From a virus (lineage: Duplodnaviria; Caudoviricetes): a stretch of DNA of 37,867 bases. Shown in pieces: positions 17,401 to 26,540 of this stretch (position 1 is its first letter; each line of letters opens with the position of its first letter). The stretch is taken from positions 1-37,867 of the IMG/VR virus record IMGVR_UViG_3300022307_000007, one strand, 5' to 3'. The position numbers and the translations under genes are program-made. The notes beneath the pieces were generated by a model. That model saw nothing but the letters and a program-made list of their open reading frames with translations. It had not been told where the DNA came from and made no database searches.

Positions 17401-18656
17401 TGACTATTTTTAAAGAATATTCAATCACCAAAACAGAAAAGCAAAAAGAAGCCGTTCGCCTGATAGCTGCAAATACAACCACGCTATTAGAGGGTGGCGG
17501 GCGTAGTGGCAAAACAGTGATTGCCCTTTATGTAATCATACTCAGGGCAATCAAAAACCCTGGCAGTCACCATCTTGTTTCCCGTTTCCGTTTCTCCCAC
17601 GCCAAGATTGCGATCTGTCATCAATCAATGCCGTTCCTTATAAAAACCCTTGGTTTAACCGGTCGCGTCCACCTCAACAAGTCGGAATGGTTTTATGAAT
17701 TTCCAAACGAGTCCAGGATATGGATTGGTGGCCTGGATGATAAGGACCGACTTGAAAAGATACTTGGCAACGAGTATGCAACGATTTTCTTGAATGAAGC
17801 TTCACAGATTAGCTATGAAGGATACGAGTTCATTATGACCAGGTTGAATCCTCCAAAGGGTGTCAAGGGCAAGGTAATGATTGATTATAATCCTCCTTCC
17901 ATTGCACATTGGGGCTATCTCATGTTTCACAAGGGAGAATTCCCGGACGGTAGGCCAGTACCAGAAAAGGTGTTTGCAAAAATCTTGATGAACCCTGCTG
18001 ATAACCTTGAAAATATTTCAGAAGAGTATCTTTACTTCCTATCCAACCTATCCGAAGCGAAAAGACGAAGGTTTGAAAAAGGCGAGTATTCCCTTGAATC
18101 TGGCAAGCTTTGGAAAAGGGCGCATATCCGGTACTATCCTTTCCCTGATAACTTACCCGATTTTATTCGGGTTGTGGTTGGTGTCGATCCATCTGGAAGT
18201 GTCGGTGGTGATGAGATTGGAATTGTAGTAGCTGGATCGTATTTCGATGATAATGGAGCCTTGAAGCAAATGACAATTGATGATTACTCATTGCATGGAA
18301 CACCCGGACAATGGGCTGACGAAGTATCAGCTGCCTATCATCGTTGGATGGCTGATTGCGTGGTTGCCGAGAAGAACTTCGGTGGTGATATGGTGGAGTC
18401 TACAATAAAAAATGCTGACAAAACGGTCAATGTTAAGTTAATACATAGCTCAAGAGGTAAGATTCTACGAGCTGAACCTATTAGCTCAAAATATGAACGG
18501 GGGGAAATCTGCCACCGTATACCATTTACTGCACTTGAGGACGAACTTTGTACGTATGACCCCGAAACATCGGCTTCCCCTAATCGGCTCGATGGGAATA
18601 CTTTTGCACACGCAGAACTATCAGGCGGTGAAATCTCTATCCTGGATGTTATATGA
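17400..18656 (+). CDS. terL: Terminase large subunit (PBSX/T4-like family)
   Basis: EGGGRSGKT, FLNEA, DYNP, VGVDPS, EKNFGG, KILRAEP, SPNRLD. Confidence 0.92.
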   Translation: MTIFKEYSITKTEKQKEAVRLIAANTTTLLEGGGRSGKTVIALYVIILRAIKNPGSHHLVSRFRFSHAKIAICHQSMPFLIKTLGLTGRVHLNKSEWFYEFPNESRIWIGGLDDKDRLEKILGNEYATIFLNEASQISYEGYEFIMTRLNPPKGVKGKVMIDYNPPSIAHWGYLMFHKGEFPDGRPVPEKVFAKILMNPADNLENISEEYLYFLSNLSEAKRRRFEKGEYSLESGKLWKRAHIRYYPFPDNLPDFIRVVVGVDPSGSVGGDEIGIVVAGSYFDDNGALKQMTIDDYSLHGTPGQWADEVSAAYHRWMADCVVAEKNFGGDMVESTIKNADKTVNVKLIHSSRGKILRAEPISSKYERGEICHRIPFTALEDELCTYDPETSASPNRLDGNTFAHAELSGGEISILDVI

Positions 18657-19264
18657 AAATAATAATAGCGTGTGAATTTAGCGGAGTCGTTCGCGAGGCA
18701 TTTAGAAAACGTGGCCATGATGCCTGGTCTTGTGATTTATTGCCTACCGAAATACCAGGTCAGCATTACCAAGGCAATATTTTTGACATCATCAATGATG
18801 GATGGGACATGATGGTTGCTCATCCTCCTTGCACTTATTTGACATGTACGGCTAATAAATGGCTAAAAGACCAACCACCAAGAAAATCTGGGGCTTTAGT
18901 TGGTGCAGAAAGAAGAGAGGCAAGAAGAGAGGCAATTAATTTTTTCTTACGACTTTATAATTCTGATATTGAAAAAATTTGTATCGAAAACCCAGTGGGA
19001 TGTATGTCAACAGAATTGAGAAAGCCTGATCAGATAATTAAACCTGAATGGTTTGGACATAAAGAGCAAAAATTAACCTGTTTGTGGATTAAAAATATGC
19101 CAATTCTTAATAAAACAAATGTTGTAAATCCAGAAAAAAGAATGATTTTAAAATCTGGAAAATCAATGCCTGGCTGGTACTCGATGAAACCAGAAAATAG
19201 ATCAAAAAAACGGTCTATAACATTTCAAGGAATTGCAAACGCTATGGCTGAACAATGGGGATAA
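18653..19264 (+). CDS. Phage DNA cytosine-5 methyltransferase-like protein
   Basis: IACEFSG.VREAF, SCD, AHPPCTYL, IENP, RSITF.GIA.AMAEQWG. Confidence 0.8.
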   Translation: MKIIIACEFSGVVREAFRKRGHDAWSCDLLPTEIPGQHYQGNIFDIINDGWDMMVAHPPCTYLTCTANKWLKDQPPRKSGALVGAERREARREAINFFLRLYNSDIEKICIENPVGCMSTELRKPDQIIKPEWFGHKEQKLTCLWIKNMPILNKTNVVNPEKRMILKSGKSMPGWYSMKPENRSKKRSITFQGIANAMAEQWG

Positions 19265-19265
19265 T

Positions 19266-21188
19266 ATGAAACCAAAAACAGAACAAATGATTAATAATTC
19301 TCTCACAGAATTGGTGGCCGGGGTAGGGGTATCAAACCTGTTGACAGGTGGTTCAGACCTTGCCAGTTATGGGACAATAGCTTTCAATAACAACTATTCT
19401 TTGATCACTCTGAACAGGATCGTTTTAACCTACCTTTATACCTCATCCGGTATCTTCCAAACCGCAATTGACTTGCCGACACAAGACGCTTTATCCCGTG
19501 GAATCGAAATAGAATCCGATCAGATGTCACCAACTGACATAGATGAACTCATGGATTTCATGGAAGAGTCAGGACAATTTACAGCCCTGCTAAATGCCTG
19601 GAATTGGGGAAGGCTTTACGGTGGCGCCGGATTAATTATCAACACTAATCAAGACCCGCAGGAACCTTTGAACCTCAGAACATTGAAAAATTCACCGCTT
19701 GAATTCTATGACGCTGACCGTTGGCAGTTTGACAACGCGCATCCCTATGCCGGGGACATGGAGGAAATGTTGTTTGGTATGCCTAACGATCATTTTTATC
19801 TCTATGGTTCTAAGATTCATAGGTCCAGAATTTTGCAGATAAAGGGAAAACGTGCTCCCTACTATGTCAGGAGACAACTCAGAGGATGGGGAATGTCAGA
19901 AGGTGAGCGGATGATCAAGGACTTGAATTTGTACTTGAAGACTCAAAACGTACTCTATGAAATTCTGGACGAATCCAAGATTGATGTTTACAAGATCAAT
20001 GGACTCGCTCAAAAATTGATCAATGAAGCCGGAACATCTGCAATCACTCGAAGAATACAACTTGCGAATGAATTAAAAAACTATGTCAATGCCTTGATCA
20101 TGGATGCGAAAGACGAATACGAATCAAAGACTCAATCATTTGCTGGACTTGCGGAAGTAGGAAAAGAAAATAGGATAGGGATCTGTTCAGCACTGAGAAT
20201 GCCACAGACCAAACTTTTTGGCCTGTCTGCCTCGGGGTTTAATACAGGGGAGTCAGACCTTGAAAACTACAACATGATGATCGAGTCAGAAACCAGAACT
20301 CCGATGAAGCAAATAATCCGGGAAATGATCAAGCTGAATATGTATCATCTTTGGGGAAGAGAAGCCCCGTTTCGTTTCAAATTTCCACCGCTTAGAATTC
20401 TTTCATCGGAGCAGGAAGAGGCAGCTAAAAGCGCACAGCAAGAAAGAGTGCTTGCCCTTTATGATCGTGGGCTTATCAATTCCCAGGAAGTCGGGGAAGC
20501 CTTGCAAAGTCATGGCGTGATCACGATTGATACCGCAATGTCAAAGGGGTTGCTTCCTGACCAGCCAGATCCTCCTGAACAACCGATAGAAAAACAATCA
20601 TTGACCATGCAAAACAGCAAGGTTAAATTGATCAGGAAAAACACAAAGAGTAAAAAATATACTTTGAATTCAGAATTCAAAGAGGAAGATCACCCGAGGG
20701 ATGATGGCGGACAGTTTTCTAAAACTGGCAAAGGAAGCGGTGAAGATATCAAAGAGACAGAAGAATTTAAAAAATGGTTTTCAGGAAGTAAGGCAGTAAA
20801 TGATAAAGGAGAGCCACTAAAACTATACCATGGCAGCGACCAAAAACATGATATAATTGAACCGGGAATAGGAGATCCGGGAGCTTGGTTCACCTCTAGA
20901 GCTATGACAGCGGGACAATATGCCAAAGGTCATGAGGGTTATCTTCATGAGGCGTATTTATCCGCAAAAGATCCTTTAGTCGTTGAGATGGAAGTAAACG
21001 AAAAAACAGGCGAATTAGAACCATTTGTTAATGGAAAAAAAATAGATTATGATAATAACGTATCAATAGTCCAGTATGCCGAAAAAAAGGGTTATGACAG
21101 TGTTAACTTCCCTTATGGAAATTTTACAGAGGATGATAACACATGGGTAGTTTTTGATAGTGATCAAATAAAACAAATAGAAGATTAA
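19266..21188 (+). CDS. Portal protein (DUF1073-like) fused to a C-terminal ADP-ribosyltransferase-like domain
   Basis: Portal motifs WGRLYGGA, IHRSRIL, GWGMS, P.TKLFG.S.SGFNTGESDLENY; extension HPRDDGGQF followed by FKKWF...LYHGS...WFTS...YA...GYDSV...VVFDSDQIK. Confidence 0.85.
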   Translation: MKPKTEQMINNSLTELVAGVGVSNLLTGGSDLASYGTIAFNNNYSLITLNRIVLTYLYTSSGIFQTAIDLPTQDALSRGIEIESDQMSPTDIDELMDFMEESGQFTALLNAWNWGRLYGGAGLIINTNQDPQEPLNLRTLKNSPLEFYDADRWQFDNAHPYAGDMEEMLFGMPNDHFYLYGSKIHRSRILQIKGKRAPYYVRRQLRGWGMSEGERMIKDLNLYLKTQNVLYEILDESKIDVYKINGLAQKLINEAGTSAITRRIQLANELKNYVNALIMDAKDEYESKTQSFAGLAEVGKENRIGICSALRMPQTKLFGLSASGFNTGESDLENYNMMIESETRTPMKQIIREMIKLNMYHLWGREAPFRFKFPPLRILSSEQEEAAKSAQQERVLALYDRGLINSQEVGEALQSHGVITIDTAMSKGLLPDQPDPPEQPIEKQSLTMQNSKVKLIRKNTKSKKYTLNSEFKEEDHPRDDGGQFSKTGKGSGEDIKETEEFKKWFSGSKAVNDKGEPLKLYHGSDQKHDIIEPGIGDPGAWFTSRAMTAGQYAKGHEGYLHEAYLSAKDPLVVEMEVNEKTGELEPFVNGKKIDYDNNVSIVQYAEKKGYDSVNFPYGNFTEDDNTWVVFDSDQIKQIED

Positions 21189-21190
21189 AA

Positions 21191-22114
21191 ATGCTTAAAT
21201 GGAAACCAGAATATTCAGAACCGATACAAAAAGAGCTTGAATATTATTTCTTCAAACTGTTTTGGGAAGATATTATTCAGGCAGTCCAAGACCCGTATTT
21301 TAAGTTGAACGCAAATAACGCACTGTTGGCAGCACTCAGAAATGGCACTGTGAGGTATTCAAACGGTGAGTTTTCAGGCAAGTTCACAATGCGGATTTCT
21401 TCAGAGCTGGATAAGTTCGCCAAGTTCGATGGCAGGAAAAAGATCTGGAAAGGAATTCCTCCCGCTTCAGTTTCCGCAACTGCATCCATTGCCAACAATA
21501 AAGCAAAAGCACTAAATGAAAAGATAAACAGGTTGATTGATGACATTCCAAACCGGGTTCAATCTGCTATTGGCAAAATGACCTACTCCATTGAAAAACC
21601 CCTTGCAGCAATGTCCTCCCAGGCAACCGAGGACTTGAAATCAACCGGAATCGTAATCGATGTCACGCCGGAACTATCCCAAAAGATTGCCCAGGACTAC
21701 ACAAATAATCTGAATCTTTCCATTGTGGATTGGAGTCAGAACCAGACCGAACGATTGCGGGGCATGATAGAAAAGAACATTCTATCCGGTTACAATCGCT
21801 TGGAATTAATCGACATGATTTCGAATGAATACGGTGTCACAATGAACAAAGCTAAGTTTTTAGCCCGACAGGAAACCACGCTATTGACTTCAACCGTCCG
21901 TGATGAACGATACCAGGGTGCCGGGATTAAAAAGTATCGGTGGTCTGCAACAGGTGGAAAAACAGGAGATGGACGGACAAGGGATTTACACAAGAAACTT
22001 CATGGGCAAGTATTTTACTATTCTTCTCCTCCAATAATCGATGAAGCAACAGGCGAAAGAGGGGAACCTGGAAAGGCATTTGGATGCCGTTGCGGTGCGA
22101 TACCCCTCATTTGA
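21191..22114 (+). CDS. MuF / SPP1 gp7-like head morphogenesis protein (short form, no toxin extension)
   Basis: AKFLARQET, KYRWS, DGRTR.LH..LHG, PG....CRC.AIP. Confidence 0.88.
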   Translation: MLKWKPEYSEPIQKELEYYFFKLFWEDIIQAVQDPYFKLNANNALLAALRNGTVRYSNGEFSGKFTMRISSELDKFAKFDGRKKIWKGIPPASVSATASIANNKAKALNEKINRLIDDIPNRVQSAIGKMTYSIEKPLAAMSSQATEDLKSTGIVIDVTPELSQKIAQDYTNNLNLSIVDWSQNQTERLRGMIEKNILSGYNRLELIDMISNEYGVTMNKAKFLARQETTLLTSTVRDERYQGAGIKKYRWSATGGKTGDGRTRDLHKKLHGQVFYYSSPPIIDEATGERGEPGKAFGCRCGAIPLI

Positions 22115-22309
22115 TCATGTATCTGAGCTGCATTCTCTGCAACAATAGTGATGGTATTCACCTTTTTTAAAGACAATTATCCAACCTTCTTCTTTCAGCG
22201 CTCTTTCAAGCGCCTTTGCCTGTTTGATTGGGATGTCAAGTTTGAACATTGGCTTACCTCCTTTTCTTATCATGGTATTCACAAGGAAGGGGTTCACCAC
22301 AAATATCAA
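22115..22309 (-). CDS. Hypothetical protein (start may be ATG at 22249)
   Basis: Last ORF of the inverted island; AGGAGG precedes MFKLDIP. Confidence 0.45.
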   Translation of the reverse strand: MIFVVNPFLVNTMIRKGGKPMFKLDIPIKQAKALERALKEEGWIIVFKKGEYHHYCCRECSSDT

Positions 22310-22496
22310 AAAACGCCCACTCCTTGCAATATTCAGCAGGAAGAATTCTTAAAGAATAATACGGTTCAGGATTCCTTGACGACCCACAGTCTCCCATTCC
22401 TGAAATGATAGTTCCTTTGTTGGTGGTTATCTTAATCCCGTCACTTGAGGTTTCGATTTTTTTAATTATCGATCCAACTAAATCTTTAGACTCCAT
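22254..22496 (-). CDS. Hypothetical protein
   Basis: AGGAGG RBS; overlaps the upstream RHH gene. Confidence 0.6.
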   Translation of the reverse strand: MESKDLVGSIIKKIETSSDGIKITTNKGTIISGMGDCGSSRNPEPYYSLRILPAEYCKEWAFFDICGEPLPCEYHDKKRR

Positions 22497-22635
22497 TTTC
22501 CCTCCTTTCTTTTTCTTTCTCGATCAGCTCCTTCAAAAACTTCTTTATCGAAACCTTCTGTCTTGCTGCCATAACCGAAATTTCCATGTGGGTATCTTCA
22601 TCTACCCAAACCGCTTTCTTTTTTTTTTCTTTCAT
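22486..22635 (-). CDS. Ribbon-helix-helix-like regulator
   Basis: KAVWVDEDTHMEISVMAARQKVSIKKFLKELI; AAGGA RBS. Confidence 0.65.
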   Translation of the reverse strand: MKEKKKKAVWVDEDTHMEISVMAARQKVSIKKFLKELIEKEKERRENGV

Positions 22636-22755
22636 TTTATTCCTTGTGTTGATTGTTAAACACACCGGCAAGGATTGAGCGTCTTGTCTGCCTGTCTCCC
22701 TGCCGATATGTCGGAGATATCCTGTTTTTAGTGGTTGTTTTTATGATTTAAAACT

Positions 22756-22803
22756 TCACTCACACTGTTTGCGCCGGATTGCTCCGGCTTTGGTTTTAGC
22801 CAT
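22756..22803 (-). CDS. Possible 15-aa peptide MAKTKAGAIRRKQCE
   Basis: Very strong AAGGAGGT RBS; the ORF contains a GCAA-loop hairpin. Confidence 0.3.
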   Translation of the reverse strand: MAKTKAGAIRRKQCE

Positions 22804-22814
22804 TTTTACCTCCT

Positions 22815-23072
22815 TTACCGGATAATGCTGTTATATCGCTTTTTGATAGTCATCGATTTCGACCACCATTGGCCGCCGATTTTATCTGTCCAACCCTCTA
22901 ATTTACGGCCTGGAGATGCAGTGATTTTTTTAAAATCACCATTCCAAGGAATAATCACATTAACCCAATTATTCCTTGATTTTTCTTTTGCGATCTTTTC
23001 CGCCGCTGATCTTGCCGCGGCTCCATAAATTCCTATTAATATGATATCTTGCCCATTTTTTATTGTTCTCAT
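22815..23072 (-). CDS. Hypothetical protein
   Basis: GGAGG RBS. Confidence 0.6.
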   Translation of the reverse strand: MRTIKNGQDIILIGIYGAAARSAAEKIAKEKSRNNWVNVIIPWNGDFKKITASPGRKLEGWTDKIGGQWWSKSMTIKKRYNSIIR

Positions 23073-23098
23073 CTTTCCTCCGGTTTGATTTTCGTTTG

Positions 23099-23464
23099 TT
23101 AAAACCGCTCTGTATAATCCATTTTGTAAGATGTGATTGTAAAAACCTCCTTTGTGCTGTTGTTATAGGATGTAGGTCTACGTTCTACTGTCTCGGTTTT
23201 TTTGTCGATTGTGATAGCTTTGATTGCTGCCAACGGGATCAATTTGTTTTCTACCCAAACGCAATCATCGACGACTTCTGCACCACAAGCAGCTTTAGCA
23301 TTGTGATATGATGTGTTGACGGCTGACATGACTTGACCCAATTCTTTCCCGGTTAATCGTTGCTGCAGTTCTGCCGGGATTTGAGACAAAATAGCGTCAA
23401 GTGTTCTTGTCCCTGCAAATCCATCATATGTACTTAACATATTATTTCTTTTTCTTGTGTTCAT
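23099..23464 (-). CDS. Hypothetical protein
   Basis: AGGAG RBS preceded by the repeated hairpin. Confidence 0.65.
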   Translation of the reverse strand: MNTRKRNNMLSTYDGFAGTRTLDAILSQIPAELQQRLTGKELGQVMSAVNTSYHNAKAACGAEVVDDCVWVENKLIPLAAIKAITIDKKTETVERRPTSYNNSTKEVFTITSYKMDYTERF

Positions 23465-23524
23465 TTTCTTCTCCTATTAAATTTCCCGGATCAGCCGGGT
23501 ATAAGCCGGTTGCCATGATTTGGG

Positions 23525-23707
23525 TTAAAACATAGAAATAAAATTTCCTTCCTCGTCAAAAACATCTATTACAGATTTTCCCCTTCCAGATGGGTCATGT
23601 CTCGCAATATAATTCCAATCTGGGTCAGATTCTTTTAATTTTTTTGCTATTTCTACAACTTCTGATGGATCAAATGTTTTGTGGTTGTTTCTTATTATTG
23701 CTTGCAT
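23525..23707 (-). CDS. Hypothetical protein
   Basis: GGAG RBS preceded by the repeated hairpin; first gene after the strong promoter. Confidence 0.65.
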   Translation of the reverse strand: MQAIIRNNHKTFDPSEVVEIAKKLKESDPDWNYIARHDPSGRGKSVIDVFDEEGNFISMF

Positions 23708-23798
23708 CTTTTTTCTCCGTTTTAGTTTCCCCGGGTCAGCCGGGTCTGTTGTTTTATTTTTTTAACGGGTTAGCTTCTTTTGCTGACCTGTTATACTT

Positions 23799-23827
23799 AG
23801 TATATATAATTGATATAAAGCTGTCAA
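23799..23827 (-). promoter_or_regulatory. Near-consensus sigma70 promoter driving the inverted island
   Basis: TTGACA-N17-TATACT on the minus strand with AT-rich upstream sequence. Confidence 0.85.
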
Positions 23828-23941
23828 GTATTATTTTTATATATTATACATCTTTTTATGACCTAATAAATTTTTTTTGACAAGGATCATATAAAGGTGA
23901 TATCGATCAGTCATTATAACAATATTAATAGATTCCAGAGC

Positions 23942-24940
23942 ATGAAACCAAAAAGATACAGAGCATTACACATAACACCCGGTGTTGTGGACTATACCGA
24001 TGGAGACCGACGAGAGACCGTTTTGATCAGGAAACCCGCCCTTGATCAGATGAATCGTTCTTTCCTTGGCAAGCCTGTTTTTAACTTCGCTCATAAAACC
24101 ATAGACCCTGAAAAAGCCTTTGATTTTACCAGTGAAGAAATAGAAGAACACGCAGCCGGTATTATTTCAAATGTTGGTTATGATGTGGAATCCGGTTATT
24201 TTTTTGCTGACATGATGATTTGGGATGAAGAAACCCAAGAAAACATTGACGTTAAAGGATATCTGGTTTCAAACGCTTATATTCCTGATGTTGAAAAGGG
24301 AGGCGTGTACAACAATGTTCCGTATGATGAGGAAGTTATTGGAGGGGAATATTATCATATGGCAATTGTTAAGGAACCAAGGTATGGAGATGTCAAAATA
24401 TTTGAAAATTCTAAAAAAGGTAAAACTATGAAATTTACGCTTTTTTCAAAAAAGAAGGAAGAGCCGAAAAAGAATGCGGTCGATCCTCCTGTCGAAGAAA
24501 AAAAGCCAGACGATAAAGAGGAAATGGCTATCAATTCCGATTCCGTTCTTGTCGATGAAGAGGGCAATGAGATTGCACTATCAGAACTTGTAGAGGCTTA
24601 CAAGACTGGTAAAGGTGCTGAAGAAAAACCCATGATTAACATGGAAGATACGATTGATGTTGACGGTGAAGAGGTCAGCGTCAAAGATCTTTATGACAAT
24701 TACTGTTCAAAAAAGAACGCTGAACCTCCAACTAACAAACCGCAAGAAAGTGTTGTGGACAATGCGGTGAAGACAAATTCAGCGGATTATGCAAAACCTA
24801 ACGATCATTTCAAAAAGTTGAAAGCAAACGCAAGTAAAGGCGAAGAGCCGGAAAAGATCGTGATCAATACCGAAAAAACTCGTCTGAAACGTGGAAAGGC
24901 TCTCTACGGATCGGCTGTTAAAGTTGAAGGGGGTATCTAA
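23942..24940 (+). CDS. Prohead protease / scaffold (DUF2213-like)
   Basis: SF.GKPV...H, VSNAY, YHMAIV..PRYG; charged C-terminal scaffold region; upstream of the capsid genes. Confidence 0.75.
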   Translation: MKPKRYRALHITPGVVDYTDGDRRETVLIRKPALDQMNRSFLGKPVFNFAHKTIDPEKAFDFTSEEIEEHAAGIISNVGYDVESGYFFADMMIWDEETQENIDVKGYLVSNAYIPDVEKGGVYNNVPYDEEVIGGEYYHMAIVKEPRYGDVKIFENSKKGKTMKFTLFSKKKEEPKKNAVDPPVEEKKPDDKEEMAINSDSVLVDEEGNEIALSELVEAYKTGKGAEEKPMINMEDTIDVDGEEVSVKDLYDNYCSKKNAEPPTNKPQESVVDNAVKTNSADYAKPNDHFKKLKANASKGEEPEKIVINTEKTRLKRGKALYGSAVKVEGGI

Positions 24941-25422
24941 TGACCGTCAACATGAATCAATTTTCTAAAGGTGCTGTTGCTGGTCAACTGGATCTCAATT
25001 CCGGTGGATTGAACACAGCTTTTACACTTCGCATCGATCCAGGTTCTTCAGCCGCAGATATTGAAGCAGGGGAAGGTCTTATGATCGTTGATGGTGGTGC
25101 CGATGATCCAAACGGTGTGCCTCTTTGTGACATTTTAACAGCCGATACCGATCAGCCTTTTGGTGCCAGGGTCTACGATGCGAAAAACGGAGTTGCTCAA
25201 CCTGGTGATATCGTACAGGTATCTTTTGATGGCTGCGTTCAGTTCATGATTGCGTCGGCTGCCCTTGCTCGTTGGGCACAGGTGGCACTCGATGTATCAA
25301 ACCCCGGAAAAGTAAAGGCGGTCTCAACCGATGCACCATTTGGTCGTCTGCTGGACAAATCCTTGGCTGATGGTGATCTTGTCCGGGTTCTTGTTAAAAC
25401 CGGCCCTAACACAGTGACATAG
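24940..25422 (+). CDS. Head decoration / cement protein
   Basis: Gly/Ala-rich 160 aa between the protease and the major capsid protein. Confidence 0.6.
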   Translation: MTVNMNQFSKGAVAGQLDLNSGGLNTAFTLRIDPGSSAADIEAGEGLMIVDGGADDPNGVPLCDILTADTDQPFGARVYDAKNGVAQPGDIVQVSFDGCVQFMIASAALARWAQVALDVSNPGKVKAVSTDAPFGRLLDKSLADGDLVRVLVKTGPNTVT

Positions 25423-25433
25423 GAGATAAAACC

Positions 25434-26477
25434 ATGAATAAAGGACTATTAAGAATGAATGGACTCCTGCCGGGTTATATGACAATCAAGGGCAGGATTT
25501 TGACAAACGCGAACGGTGATATCGATACCAGTGGACTTGGCTACCAGTATTTAATTGATACCCTTTCTCAGATCAGAGCCGAGACAGTAGAACAAAAGTT
25601 CTACCGGATTGCACCGGCTGACTTTTTTTCCGTCGATGTCGGTTATGGTGCTTGGGGTGACGAGATTATTCAGAACCTGACATTTCAGACCGGTGGAGGT
25701 TTTTTTGACGGTGATATCGACACCCAGGCGGATACCGGCAGAATGGCTCAAGTTGATGCTGGTCTGTCTCCGATCCGAATGCCTATTGTGACATGGGCTA
25801 AACAAGTGGTTTGGACAATTGCAGATATTGCGAAAGCCGCCGCCGCTTCCAATTGGGATCTGGTCGCAGCAAAAATGGAAAGCTTGAAAACCGATTGGGA
25901 TCTTGGTATCCAGGAAGTAGCTTTTTTGGGTCATCCTGCCAAACCTCTTGTTACTGGATTGTTGAACGATAGCGAGGTCAATATAAATACCACGTTGATT
26001 ACTACCCCTATTTCAAGCATGACAGAGACAGAATTTGCGGCCCTGGTTGCTGGAATTCTCGGTGCTTACTTCACCAATTCCAACGACACTGAAGATAAGC
26101 CGGATACGTTTGTTATCCCTGCCGATGATTACCTGGGATTAACGGCTCCGGTTTCAGATACTTATCCCAATATTTCAAAAATTGAGTATTTGAACAATTC
26201 TTTTTCCAAGGCGACCGATAATCCAAATTTCAGGATTAAGGGGCTTGCCTATGCTCAGTCTGCCAGGAACGCTTCCAGGGGCATCACAAAGAACCGTTAT
26301 GTCCTTTATAAGTCAGATCCTAAGACAATGAAAATGACTATTCCAGTTGATTTCACGATGCTGGAAAGTGCTACCGCGAACAATTTCAATTGGACGCAAC
26401 CGGCACATGGGCAATACAGCGGTCTTCTGATCAATAGAAAACGCGAAGTTCTTTATCTGGATGAAACAGGAACATAA
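25434..26477 (+). CDS. Major capsid protein (DUF2184-like, HK97 fold)
   Basis: VAFLG......GLLN, PDTFVIP, RYVLY; size and position; followed by a terminator. Confidence 0.85.
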   Translation: MNKGLLRMNGLLPGYMTIKGRILTNANGDIDTSGLGYQYLIDTLSQIRAETVEQKFYRIAPADFFSVDVGYGAWGDEIIQNLTFQTGGGFFDGDIDTQADTGRMAQVDAGLSPIRMPIVTWAKQVVWTIADIAKAAAASNWDLVAAKMESLKTDWDLGIQEVAFLGHPAKPLVTGLLNDSEVNINTTLITTPISSMTETEFAALVAGILGAYFTNSNDTEDKPDTFVIPADDYLGLTAPVSDTYPNISKIEYLNNSFSKATDNPNFRIKGLAYAQSARNASRGITKNRYVLYKSDPKTMKMTIPVDFTMLESATANNFNWTQPAHGQYSGLLINRKREVLYLDETGT

Positions 26478-26484
26478 CGATTAG

Positions 26485-26510
26485 AGCCGGGACAACTATC
26501 CCGGCTTTTT
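26485..26510 (+). terminator. Intrinsic terminator after the capsid gene
   Basis: AGCCGGGA-caacta-TCCCGGCT followed by TTTT. Confidence 0.85.
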
Positions 26511-26540
26511 CATTTCCAAACAACTATCCGGTTCAAAACA

